A model generated the notes under the pieces. The model was not told the DNA's origin, ran no database searches, and was given only the letters and a program-made list of their open reading frames with translations. Positions 56,501 through 64,000 of a stretch of 64,000 nucleotides of DNA are shown piece by piece; within the stretch, counting starts at the first letter, position 1, and each line of letters opens with the position of its first letter. This DNA is from Candidatus Omnitrophota bacterium. Its GTDB lineage: Bacteria > Omnitrophota > Gorgyraeia > Tantalellales > Tantalellaceae. Location: contig JADGBR010000003.1 in NCBI GenBank assembly GCA_015231405.1, positions 93,549 to 157,548 of the forward strand. Reading direction: 5' to 3'. The position numbers and the translations under genes are program-made.

Positions 56501-58939
56501 AGATACCTTTTCAGGAACCTCGACCCGGATAAATATTACCCGACCTACGGCGACGATTCACAAATAGACTATTCCTCTACCAATACTTCGGGAGACCTGT
56601 ACCTAAAGGTAGCCAAAGACAGATCGTACGGGCTATTCGGCAATTACCGTACGGACCTCGGCTGGCCGTCCCTGGCGAAATACGACAAGACTCTGTACGG
56701 CGGCAAACTGAATATCGAGTCCAAGGAGAAGACGGCGTATAAGGACCCGATATACAAGGCGAAGGGCTTTATCGCCGAGGAGAAGAACGTAGCGGCGTTC
56801 GCGCGGTTCAGGGCGACTGGCACGTCGCTGTATTACCTGAAACATAACAACATAGTCGAAGGCTCGGAAACTCTTACCATGGAAGTGCAGGACAGGCTGT
56901 CGTCGCTGACGGTAAAGTCGGTGACCCTGTCGAGGGCGGATTACGACATAGATTATGACCGGGGTCGTATCATCCTCAAAAAGCCGGTACAAAGCGTGCA
57001 CGACTCGGGATCTATCATCTCGGACGCCATAAATAACGGCAACCCGGTGCATATGAACGTAGCGTACGAGTACGCGCCCGAGACGATGTCGAACGACAGG
57101 AATAACGGCGGAAGTTTCAGCATATCTCCGGTTAACGGTCTCATATTGGGCGGTACCTGCGTCGAGGAAAGGCGCGACGGAGCGGATTATGAGCTCGAGG
57201 GAGCGGGTGCGACCCTTAAGCTGAACGAGAACACTCAAATTTCCTGCGAGGCAGCCCAGAGTTACAGGCAGCAGTTGTCGATATGGTCGTCGAATAACGG
57301 GGGGCTTGATTTCAGCGACACGCCGATGGGCGAGACGGATTCGGGCAGGGCGTATTCGGTAAGCGGTAACTCGAAGCTCATGGATAAGATGCCGGCGACG
57401 GCGTATTACAAATTCGTCGACCAGAGTTTTTCGAACACGTCGGTCGTGAGCACCCAGGGCAAGGAAACGATCGGCGGCGGGATAGGTATTCCCGTGAACG
57501 ATAAGTTAAGGTTAGGGGTGCGGGAGGACGTCGCGAGGTCGCTTCGTCCGGAGCTCCTAAGCGTATCGAGCGACCAGAAAGGCCGGCTTGTGTATACGAG
57601 CACGGCGACGGCTGATTATAAAGCCACCGAGAAACTCGATCTGGCCGGGGAATACAGGTACGACAAGTCCGATGACGTGTCGTCCACGTTTTACCAGCGG
57701 GATATGCAGGCATTGGCCGGAAAAGCTTCTTACAAGGTGAACGACCGTCTGACGCTCATAACGCGTGACCAGATAACGCTGGAAGGTAAGGAGAATAACC
57801 AGGTAAGCGGGGGGTTCGGGTATAAGGCGGACGATAAGACGAACGTATCCATAATGGAAACGGTCGGGAATAGGGGAGACGGGACATTGCTGGGTATATC
57901 AAGGACGTTCAACGAGACGGACGAAATATACATGAATTATGACCTTCTGGATACCGGGACCAGGTCGGTGGTAGGCGATTCCCGGAAGTTTGATGAGACG
58001 ACACAAATAAGGAGGGAATCGTCAAAGTTCCAGGGTACCGGCCCCGGCCGGGATTCGGGATATCGCGACACATCTCTTTATGCTGAGGAAGAGGAAGGGG
58101 GGGATGGTTCGGGAGATCTTGTCTCAATGTCTAAGGAGATCAACCCGGGATCGACGGTTACCGGTGATTATGAACGGAGCCAGTTCTATAATAAAGGATA
58201 CTATACGACGCGTGACGCGGTAGCTGCGGGATACAGGAGTAAGCTGTCTGAGAAACTTGAATATTCGGTCAAAGGCGAATACTGGTACGACAAGAGCAGT
58301 AACGGTAAGGATTACCAGATCGGATCATACAATAATCTGAAATGGCTGATCGACCGGGACACGACGCTTAAAGCGAAAGCGTATTACGGCATAACGTTCG
58401 ACGACCTCATCTCGTCGAGAAGCGCGGAGTTCGGTGAGTTCGTTGTGGGCATGGGATACAGGCCGATAGACTATGACCGGTTCAACGCGCTAACACAATA
58501 CAAGTATCTATTGGACCAGCGTCCGCCGTCGCAGTATGGGATATTGAACGGTATAAAAGAAGACCGGGCGCATATAGCGAGTATCGAAGGCGCATACGAT
58601 ATAAACAGATATTTCCAGATAGTCGAGAAAGAAGCCGGGAAAGTTGTCGTGGACAAATGCGCGTCCGATAAACTGACGGTAGTCTATACGAATCTCATCG
58701 TGAACAGGCTGAATTATCATATAGACGACCAGTGGAATATCGGCGCCGAATACCGGATACTTTCGGAATTCGTCACCAAGACCCATAGGACCGGAGTTTA
58801 CGTCGAACTCGACCGCAACATAACGAAATTCATGCAGGTAGCCGTTGGTTACAACTTCGCCGATTTCGACGACGAGCTCACCTTGAACCGAGGCTATACC
58901 TACCAGGGCTGGACGGCGAAACTACGCGGGAAGTATTAG
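53594..58939 (+). CDS. Large secreted/outer-membrane protein: FecR - acidic linker - YVTN-type propeller - DUF11 - SdrD-B-like - beta-barrel
   Basis: Signal peptide; FEVRTPTAAIGARGT (FecR); IYVTNSGNNTITVID; K...K....VGDILTYTL.V.N (DUF11); GKVF.D.NGNG.QD.GE.GLP.V; ending GYNFADF.D.L...Y..QGW..KL.GKY. Confidence 0.8.
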   Translation: MRNFAILLLISFIILAASSVSFSAEELKTVELYGVQGDVQIFKSEDQTWHPGSLGMKLMPGYKIKTLADSYAEISFDPEKKARMRVDPNSDLVVTLDNDQKVFLMNGAVFTKIMKLEPGRKFEVRTPTAAIGARGTGWGTETNGEWTKAEAFENDIYIRGVDESGEPGEEETTLSEGDKMTVDEGGEFSEPEKMTEEDAARWDQGREDFVGETVKEFLETSGEEEGEEKKEEEEEKAAEEEKAPEEEKPAENEKSAEEQKGEDEGASDDKGGYEGDGSSDTGGFGDITNDDPNNYKPDDGTNDNGGDNGGGSQVTEYYAYICNASDVIAVNLSNSYSTVGRVSGLANPSGIVANPTGDKVWFVDTSGVKIVDRAQFDNGHKTSVALTNARNIAFYQSDVYVAVYEPDPTSTGIDIAKVDANSTIPLATPFVQQERLRNASGIAVNSDGTFIYALGTDKDNMNKPALFKLARDTGSIQSTSASLATATPFDLAYVPGSERILVTSEPTTGVGMGGYLDIFDKDCSPVSINIQVSAVANNGRRAIAISPDEKFAYVASVDDNSVALVDLSDNSMIKLKDPNYYQFNAPSGVAVLPDDSGSKIYVTNSGNNTITVIDRTGDIHTQETIIDLVTIPGLSSPGDICVVKVATTQTITKTCNKKQASVGDILTYTLDVHNGEAQSMSNVVVADVMPGAFTYIQGSAFDQDRNAIQTMVEGNKLTFKINSLAVGERQFIKYSVVVNPGVIEGDYVNTASASSTLANGTAYNFNVSKCRVTIIPDPLFDEGTIMGKVFSDGNGNGVQDKGEKGLPFVRLMMEDGTAVVTDKYGKYHIPAVYPTTHLLKIDKSTLPTNSVVTTESTRTIRMTNGLLAKESFGVKVNENTPGVIIPMPSRPLAPREDNPLPGLFEKFSMVALTEGEAVGYRTEDAAETLKNDGRFKNMVHYDGRLAYNLDAVVKGDYKVTSSLDTERKNRYLFRNLDPDKYYPTYGDDSQIDYSSTNTSGDLYLKVAKDRSYGLFGNYRTDLGWPSLAKYDKTLYGGKLNIESKEKTAYKDPIYKAKGFIAEEKNVAAFARFRATGTSLYYLKHNNIVEGSETLTMEVQDRLSSLTVKSVTLSRADYDIDYDRGRIILKKPVQSVHDSGSIISDAINNGNPVHMNVAYEYAPETMSNDRNNGGSFSISPVNGLILGGTCVEERRDGADYELEGAGATLKLNENTQISCEAAQSYRQQLSIWSSNNGGLDFSDTPMGETDSGRAYSVSGNSKLMDKMPATAYYKFVDQSFSNTSVVSTQGKETIGGGIGIPVNDKLRLGVREDVARSLRPELLSVSSDQKGRLVYTSTATADYKATEKLDLAGEYRYDKSDDVSSTFYQRDMQALAGKASYKVNDRLTLITRDQITLEGKENNQVSGGFGYKADDKTNVSIMETVGNRGDGTLLGISRTFNETDEIYMNYDLLDTGTRSVVGDSRKFDETTQIRRESSKFQGTGPGRDSGYRDTSLYAEEEEGGDGSGDLVSMSKEINPGSTVTGDYERSQFYNKGYYTTRDAVAAGYRSKLSEKLEYSVKGEYWYDKSSNGKDYQIGSYNNLKWLIDRDTTLKAKAYYGITFDDLISSRSAEFGEFVVGMGYRPIDYDRFNALTQYKYLLDQRPPSQYGILNGIKEDRAHIASIEGAYDINRYFQIVEKEAGKVVVDKCASDKLTVVYTNLIVNRLNYHIDDQWNIGAEYRILSEFVTKTHRTGVYVELDRNITKFMQVAVGYNFADFDDELTLNRGYTYQGWTAKLRGKY

Positions 58940-59067
58940 TGAGCGACTTGGGCCTGAAGGAGATGGGGTTCTTCGTACGGCACATGGCCTGTCCCCCAAC
59001 CAAAATCGCCTTATGCGTGGACCCTGGAAATATTACATTGCACAGCACATGCCTAACTAGAAGTTCG

Positions 59068-59093
59068 CAAAGTGCCGGTAGAAGGTTCCCATC
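59068..59093 (+). repeat. Right copy of 26-bp direct repeat
   Basis: CAAAGTGCCGGTAGAAGGTTCCCATC. Confidence 0.85.
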
Positions 59094-59126
59094 TCCTTCA
59101 CGCCATCGGCGAGCGACTAACCGACC

Positions 59127-59155
59127 TTGACAAAATACTCCCCCTCTTGTAATAT
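59127..59155 (+). promoter_or_regulatory. Sigma70 promoter for guaB3-dnaE
   Basis: TTGACA-17 nt-TAATAT. Confidence 0.65.
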
Positions 59156-59255
59156 ACGTTAGTTACTTTACAGACTTCCTTATATCGACAAATAATATCG
59201 TTTTTCAACACGTGTAAACTTTTTATTTTTTTAGCCTTTTTTACAGGAGGATACC

Positions 59256-60416
59256 ATGGGAATGTGGGTTGGGATGGGCAGGAAAGCCAGGCGCAGTTAC
59301 GGGTTCGACGAGATCGCTCTTGTTCCCGGGAGTTTGACGATAAACCCGGACGACGTCGATACGTCTTGTGAGATAGGCGGCATTAAATTCGCCATCCCGA
59401 TAATGGCTTCTTCCATGGACGGCGTGGTAGATGTCAACTTCGCGATATCTCTCGGCAAGATAGGAGGGGTGGCCGTTCTTCACCTGGAAGGAGTTTCGAC
59501 GCGTTACGAGGATCCAGCCGAGGCCGTCGAGAGGATCGTGAACGCCGACGTGACTGAGGTCACGAAGGTCATACAGGACGTTTACTCCAAACCCATAAAG
59601 AAAGACCTTGTTTCAAGGCGGATCGACGAGCTCAAGAAAGCTAAAGTCCCGGCAGTAGTGAGTTGTAACCCGCAGGTGGCCGGCGAGTTCGGGCCGATAG
59701 CGCGCGAGGCAGGATGCGATATTTTCATCGTGCAGTCCACCGTCATAACCGTAAGGCACGAGTCCAGTAAGTACAAGTCGCTGGACCTTACCAGATTCTG
59801 CAAGGATATGAAGATACCGGTACTTTTGGGCAATTGCGTCGATTATCAGGTGGCGCTCGAGCTTATGGAGACCGGCTGCCAGGGAATATTCGTCGGGATA
59901 GGGCCGGGGACGGCTTGTACATCCCGGGGAGTTCTCGGGATAGGTGTTCCTCAGATAACGGCGACCTGTGACGCGGCCGCGGCCAGAGATTTTTATTACA
60001 AAAGGACCGGGAAATATTTTTCGATAATCACGGACGGGGGCATGGCTACCGGAGGGGATATTTGCAAGGCTTTCGCGGCCGGAGCTGACGCGGTGATGCT
60101 GGGGAACGCCTTCGCGCGCAGCAAGGAAGCGCCCGGAAAGGGATATCACTGGGGAATGGCGATGCCTCACCCGAACCTGCCGAGAGGGACGAGGATAAGG
60201 GTCGGCACATCCGGGTCTTTGCAGGAGATCCTTTTCGGCCCGGCGCAGACTGACGATGGGACGCAGAACCTGATGGGGGCCCTTGCGACGAGTATGGGCA
60301 ATCTTGGCGCGCACAATATCAAGGAAATGCAGCTTGTAAGGATGATAATCGCTCCGTCCATCCAGACCGAGGGCAAGGTCTACCAGACCGCGCAGCGGGT
60401 GGGGATGCGTAAATAA
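59256..60416 (+). CDS. guaB3: GuaB3-family IMP dehydrogenase (no CBS pair)
   Basis: R.YGFDEIALVP, GIGPG.ACTSRGVLGIGVPQ, DGG...GGDICK, HWGMA.P...LPRGTR; RBS AGGAGG. Confidence 0.9.
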   Translation: MGMWVGMGRKARRSYGFDEIALVPGSLTINPDDVDTSCEIGGIKFAIPIMASSMDGVVDVNFAISLGKIGGVAVLHLEGVSTRYEDPAEAVERIVNADVTEVTKVIQDVYSKPIKKDLVSRRIDELKKAKVPAVVSCNPQVAGEFGPIAREAGCDIFIVQSTVITVRHESSKYKSLDLTRFCKDMKIPVLLGNCVDYQVALELMETGCQGIFVGIGPGTACTSRGVLGIGVPQITATCDAAAARDFYYKRTGKYFSIITDGGMATGGDICKAFAAGADAVMLGNAFARSKEAPGKGYHWGMAMPHPNLPRGTRIRVGTSGSLQEILFGPAQTDDGTQNLMGALATSMGNLGAHNIKEMQLVRMIIAPSIQTEGKVYQTAQRVGMRK

Positions 60417-60418
60417 CG

Positions 60419-60519
60419 GTGATGGGTGATGAGTGATGGGTTTTTGGGATAAATTTCTGAAAACTTTCGTGTATGCAGGACGACCCGACACCCATCATTC
60501 GTCACTCGTCACCCATCAC
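60419..60519. repeat. GTGATGG x3 and inverted (C/T)C(A/G)TCAC x4 heptamer arrays
   Basis: Read directly at 60419-60439 and 60492-60519. Confidence 0.75.
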
Positions 60520-60532
60520 AGTTTCACATAAA

Positions 60533-63500
60533 ATGACGACAACAAGATCCGAGTTCGTTCACCTGCACGTGCATACGCAGTACAGCCTCCTTGACGGGGC
60601 CTGCCGATTGGATGACCTTCTAGACCTCGCAAAAACTTATAATATGCCCGCCTGCGCCATAACCGATCACGGCAACATGTTCGGCGCGATAGAGTTCTAC
60701 AAGAAAGCCGCTAAAAAGGGTATTAAGCCCATCATAGGCGCCGAGGTATATGTCGCCCCGAAAAGCCGGTTGGATAAAGTGAGCGACGACGAGATCGGCG
60801 TGGGTTTTCATCTTGTGCTTCTCGCCCGTGACATTACCGGATACAAGAACCTCATCCACATAATCTCGTCGGGTTTCATCGAAGGCTTTTATTACAAGCC
60901 GAGGGTAGACAGGGAGATACTTGGCCAGTACTCTGGGGGTCTCATCGCTTTGAGCGCCTGCCTGAAAGGGGAAGTCGCGTTCTATCTTGCCGCTGGAAAG
61001 CCGGAAAAAGCGGTCGAGTCGGCGAAGTTTTACGAACGGCTTTTCGGCAAGGACCATTTTTATCTGGAGATACAGGCTAACGGACTCCCGGAGCAGGAGA
61101 AGCTCAATAAGAAAATGATAAAATTCGCGCGGGAGAATTCCTTCGATCTTGTGGCGACTAACGACGTGCATTACCTGAAGAAAGGCGACGACAAGGCCCA
61201 TGACGTCCTGCTTTGTATCCAGACGCAGAGCGTCCTGGACGATAAGAACAGGATGCAGTTCAGGACCGACCAGCTGTATTTCAAATCCCCGGACGAGATG
61301 AAGGCGTTCTTTCCGGACGCTCCGGAAGCTCTCCGGAACACACTGAAGATAGCCGACAGCTGCGATCTGAAACTCGATATGGATAAACTTTTCCTTCCCC
61401 ATTTCGAGCCTCCCAACGGCGAGGATAACGTAACTTTTTTTAAGGACCTCATAAGGGAAGGGATAGCGAAGCGCTACAAGAACGCGACGGACGAGATAAA
61501 GAACCGCGTGAAACACGAATTCAGGATAATAGAGAAGCTCGGATATATAAGTTATTTTCTCATTGTGTGGGATTTTATCCGGAAGGCCCGGGAGTTGAAG
61601 ATCCCTGTCGGACCCGGAAGAGGTTCCGCCGCCGGGAGCATAATTTCCTACGCTTTGGGGATAACTAATATCGACCCTATCAAATACGGGTTGATCTTCG
61701 AAAGGTTCCTTAACCCCGACAGGGTCAGCATGCCGGATATCGATATAGATTTCTGTTTCGAAAGGCGCTCAGAGATAATAGATTACGTCATCAGCAAATA
61801 TTCCGAGGCGAACGTGGCGCAGATCATCACTTTCGGGACGATGAAGGCTAAGGCCGCTATAAGGGACGTCGGGCGCGTGATGGGCCTTCCTTACGCCGAT
61901 GTCGACAAGATAGCCAAGCTCGTTCCTGGTGATCTGGGGATCACGATAGATCAGGCGTTGGAGAAAGAGCCTGATCTAAGAACCGCGTACGACGAGGATC
62001 CGGTGATACACGAGCTCATCGACATATCTAATAAGCTGGAAGGGCTTAACCGTCACGCCTCGGTGCATGCCGCCGGGGTCGTGATATCCGATAGACCTTT
62101 AAGGGAAAGAGTGCCGCTATACCGGGCCGGTGACGGTCCGGTCACCACCGGATACACCATGGATTCGCTTACGGATATCGGCATGCTGAAAATGGATTTC
62201 CTCGGCTTAAAGACACTTACGGTTATTGACGGAACTATAAAGATAGCCAAGCGGACCAGGGACGTCGATATTGATATCGATGATCTTCCGGAATGCGACA
62301 CGAGGACCTTTGAACTCTTTTGTTCCGGCGCGACAGCGGGAGTGTTCCAGCTTGAGTCCAGCGGTATGCGCGATCTCCTGCGGAAGCTGAGGCCGGGTAA
62401 ATTCGAGGATATCATCGCCATACTGGCGTTGTACAGGCCCGGGCCTCTCGGCAGCGGCATGGTCGACAAGTTCATAAAAGGGAAGAACGGGACCATAGAG
62501 GTAAAATACGATCACCCGCTCCTTGAGCCTATCCTCAAGGAGACATACGGTATTATCGTCTACCAGGAACAGGTAATGCAGATAGTTTCCGCTTTGGCGG
62601 GTTTTACCATGGCCGAGGCCGATAATGTCAGGAAGGTCATGGGTAAGAAAAAGACCGACGCCATGCCGGCGATCAGGGCCAAATTCACCGAAGGCGCGGA
62701 CAAGAAGGGTATCGACAGGAAAACATCGGAGTTGATATTCGATCAGATAGAAGAGTTCGGAGGGTATGGTTTCAACAAATCCCATAGCGCCGCTTACGCC
62801 GTCATAAGCTATCAGACAGCTTATCTTAAGGCCAATTTTCCGGTCGAGTTCATGGCAGCCCTTCTGACCAGCGAGCGGAACAACAGCGAAAAGATAGCGG
62901 ATTATATAACCGAATCGCAGCATATGGGCATAGAGGTCCTCGCCGCTGATATCAACGAGAGTTTTAAGAATTTCACGGTCGTCGGAGGGAGCATAAGGTT
63001 CGGTCTGGTTGCCGTTAAGAATGTCGGAGAGGGAGCGGTCGAGCATATCATCGAAGTGCGCAGGGATAAGGGGAATTTCAAGACCGTCTTCGATTTCGCC
63101 GAAAAAGTCGATCCGCGCAACGTCAACAAGAAAGTAATGGAAAGCCTCGTGAAATGCGGGGCTTTCGATTCGACCGGGATAAAAAGAGCGCAGGCTATGA
63201 GCATGGTGGATCAACTTCTCGATATCTCTCAGAATATGCAGAAGGACAGGCATAACGGTCAGCGGACCTTCTTTGACGACGGCCAGTCAACGGGAGGTTT
63301 CAAAGAATCATATGATCTCCCGAATATACCTGAATGGGGGGAAAAAGAGCTTCTCGCCAACGAAAAAGAAATGTTGGGGTTCTACATATCCCGGCACCCT
63401 TTGAAAGCTTACGAGAAGATCCTCGACGCGTACTCGACCTGCAATACTTCCGAACTCGCGAGGTGCACGGAAGGGCAGAGGGTACTGGTGGGCGGGATGC

Positions 63501-63985
63501 TGTCTAAAGTCAAGATCACGGTGACAAAGGCGAAGGGCGAGAAAATGGCGATAGCCAGAATTGAGGACCTTTACGGCAGCGTGAGCGTTCTCATCTTCCC
63601 GAACTCCTACAGGGAGTCTTCGAAAATGATAATCGAGGATTCGGTCCTCTTTATCGACGGCCGGCTCAAGATCTCCGGCGAAGAAGAGCCGAAGATAATC
63701 GCTGAAAAGATCATACCGATAGAGAACATAAAAGAGCTTTTCACAAAATCGGTGCTTGTTAAATTGACCACCGTCGGCCTTGAAAAGCTCCAGATGATGA
63801 AGATAAAGGGAGTTATTCAGCAGCATAGAGGCAAGATCCCTATCTACATAGATCTTTGCACCCCGGAAGGCCGAAAGGTCAGGCTATCCACGGGCGAGGA
63901 TATATTCGTCACCCCGACGGACAACTTCCTTCAGGACATGGAAAAGCTGGTGGGGGCGGGGAATGTGAAGTTCCTTTCGAAGTAG
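60533..63985 (+). CDS. dnaE: DNA polymerase III alpha subunit
   Basis: FVHLHVHTQYSLLDG, GPGRGSAAGS, FERFLNP.R.SMPDIDIDF, KMDFLGL, YGFNKSH. Confidence 0.98.
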   Translation: MTTTRSEFVHLHVHTQYSLLDGACRLDDLLDLAKTYNMPACAITDHGNMFGAIEFYKKAAKKGIKPIIGAEVYVAPKSRLDKVSDDEIGVGFHLVLLARDITGYKNLIHIISSGFIEGFYYKPRVDREILGQYSGGLIALSACLKGEVAFYLAAGKPEKAVESAKFYERLFGKDHFYLEIQANGLPEQEKLNKKMIKFARENSFDLVATNDVHYLKKGDDKAHDVLLCIQTQSVLDDKNRMQFRTDQLYFKSPDEMKAFFPDAPEALRNTLKIADSCDLKLDMDKLFLPHFEPPNGEDNVTFFKDLIREGIAKRYKNATDEIKNRVKHEFRIIEKLGYISYFLIVWDFIRKARELKIPVGPGRGSAAGSIISYALGITNIDPIKYGLIFERFLNPDRVSMPDIDIDFCFERRSEIIDYVISKYSEANVAQIITFGTMKAKAAIRDVGRVMGLPYADVDKIAKLVPGDLGITIDQALEKEPDLRTAYDEDPVIHELIDISNKLEGLNRHASVHAAGVVISDRPLRERVPLYRAGDGPVTTGYTMDSLTDIGMLKMDFLGLKTLTVIDGTIKIAKRTRDVDIDIDDLPECDTRTFELFCSGATAGVFQLESSGMRDLLRKLRPGKFEDIIAILALYRPGPLGSGMVDKFIKGKNGTIEVKYDHPLLEPILKETYGIIVYQEQVMQIVSALAGFTMAEADNVRKVMGKKKTDAMPAIRAKFTEGADKKGIDRKTSELIFDQIEEFGGYGFNKSHSAAYAVISYQTAYLKANFPVEFMAALLTSERNNSEKIADYITESQHMGIEVLAADINESFKNFTVVGGSIRFGLVAVKNVGEGAVEHIIEVRRDKGNFKTVFDFAEKVDPRNVNKKVMESLVKCGAFDSTGIKRAQAMSMVDQLLDISQNMQKDRHNGQRTFFDDGQSTGGFKESYDLPNIPEWGEKELLANEKEMLGFYISRHPLKAYEKILDAYSTCNTSELARCTEGQRVLVGGMLSKVKITVTKAKGEKMAIARIEDLYGSVSVLIFPNSYRESSKMIIEDSVLFIDGRLKISGEEEPKIIAEKIIPIENIKELFTKSVLVKLTTVGLEKLQMMKIKGVIQQHRGKIPIYIDLCTPEGRKVRLSTGEDIFVTPTDNFLQDMEKLVGAGNVKFLSK

Positions 63986-64000
63986 GAGGGAAGAAGGACC

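Noticed and set aside
60533-63985. Intein in dnaE
   Set aside because: Length is normal and no intein splice motifs or insertion were seen.

Overview
64-kb window of a bacterial chromosome with almost all genes on the + strand. Gene order and the signal-peptide-bearing multidomain proteins suggest Ca. Omnitrophota or a related PVC lineage; this is inference, as no marker gene was tested. The housekeeping core is ppiC, a fis-like gene, gltB-gltD, pyrG, a rhomboid protease, a long biosynthetic run (argC-J-B-D-F-G-H, lysA, dapF-A-B-L, folK, panC, nadA, nadX), guaB3 and dnaE. Main highlights: (1) a ~5,100-aa protein with midasin/Rea1-like architecture, with six AAA+ modules alternating Walker-A-bearing and Arg-finger-only, two inserted WD40-like propellers, an HExxH motif, an acidic linker and a VWA/MIDAS domain, all behind a signal-like N-terminus; (2) a 1,446-aa protein with a signal-like N-terminus and two tandem MutS ATPase cassettes; (3) tandem ANTAR-type hairpin/terminator attenuators ahead of fis-gltBD; (4) a nested set of tiny mobile repeats: a ~177-bp MITE with 3-bp target-site duplications (TSDs), GTAG-REPs, 20-47-bp hairpin inserts without TSD, and heptamer arrays; (5) a FecR-propeller-DUF11-barrel surface protein gene flanked by 26-bp direct repeats. 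No rRNA, tRNA, CRISPR array or transposase gene was recognised. All domain calls come from motif reading by eye, with no database search.
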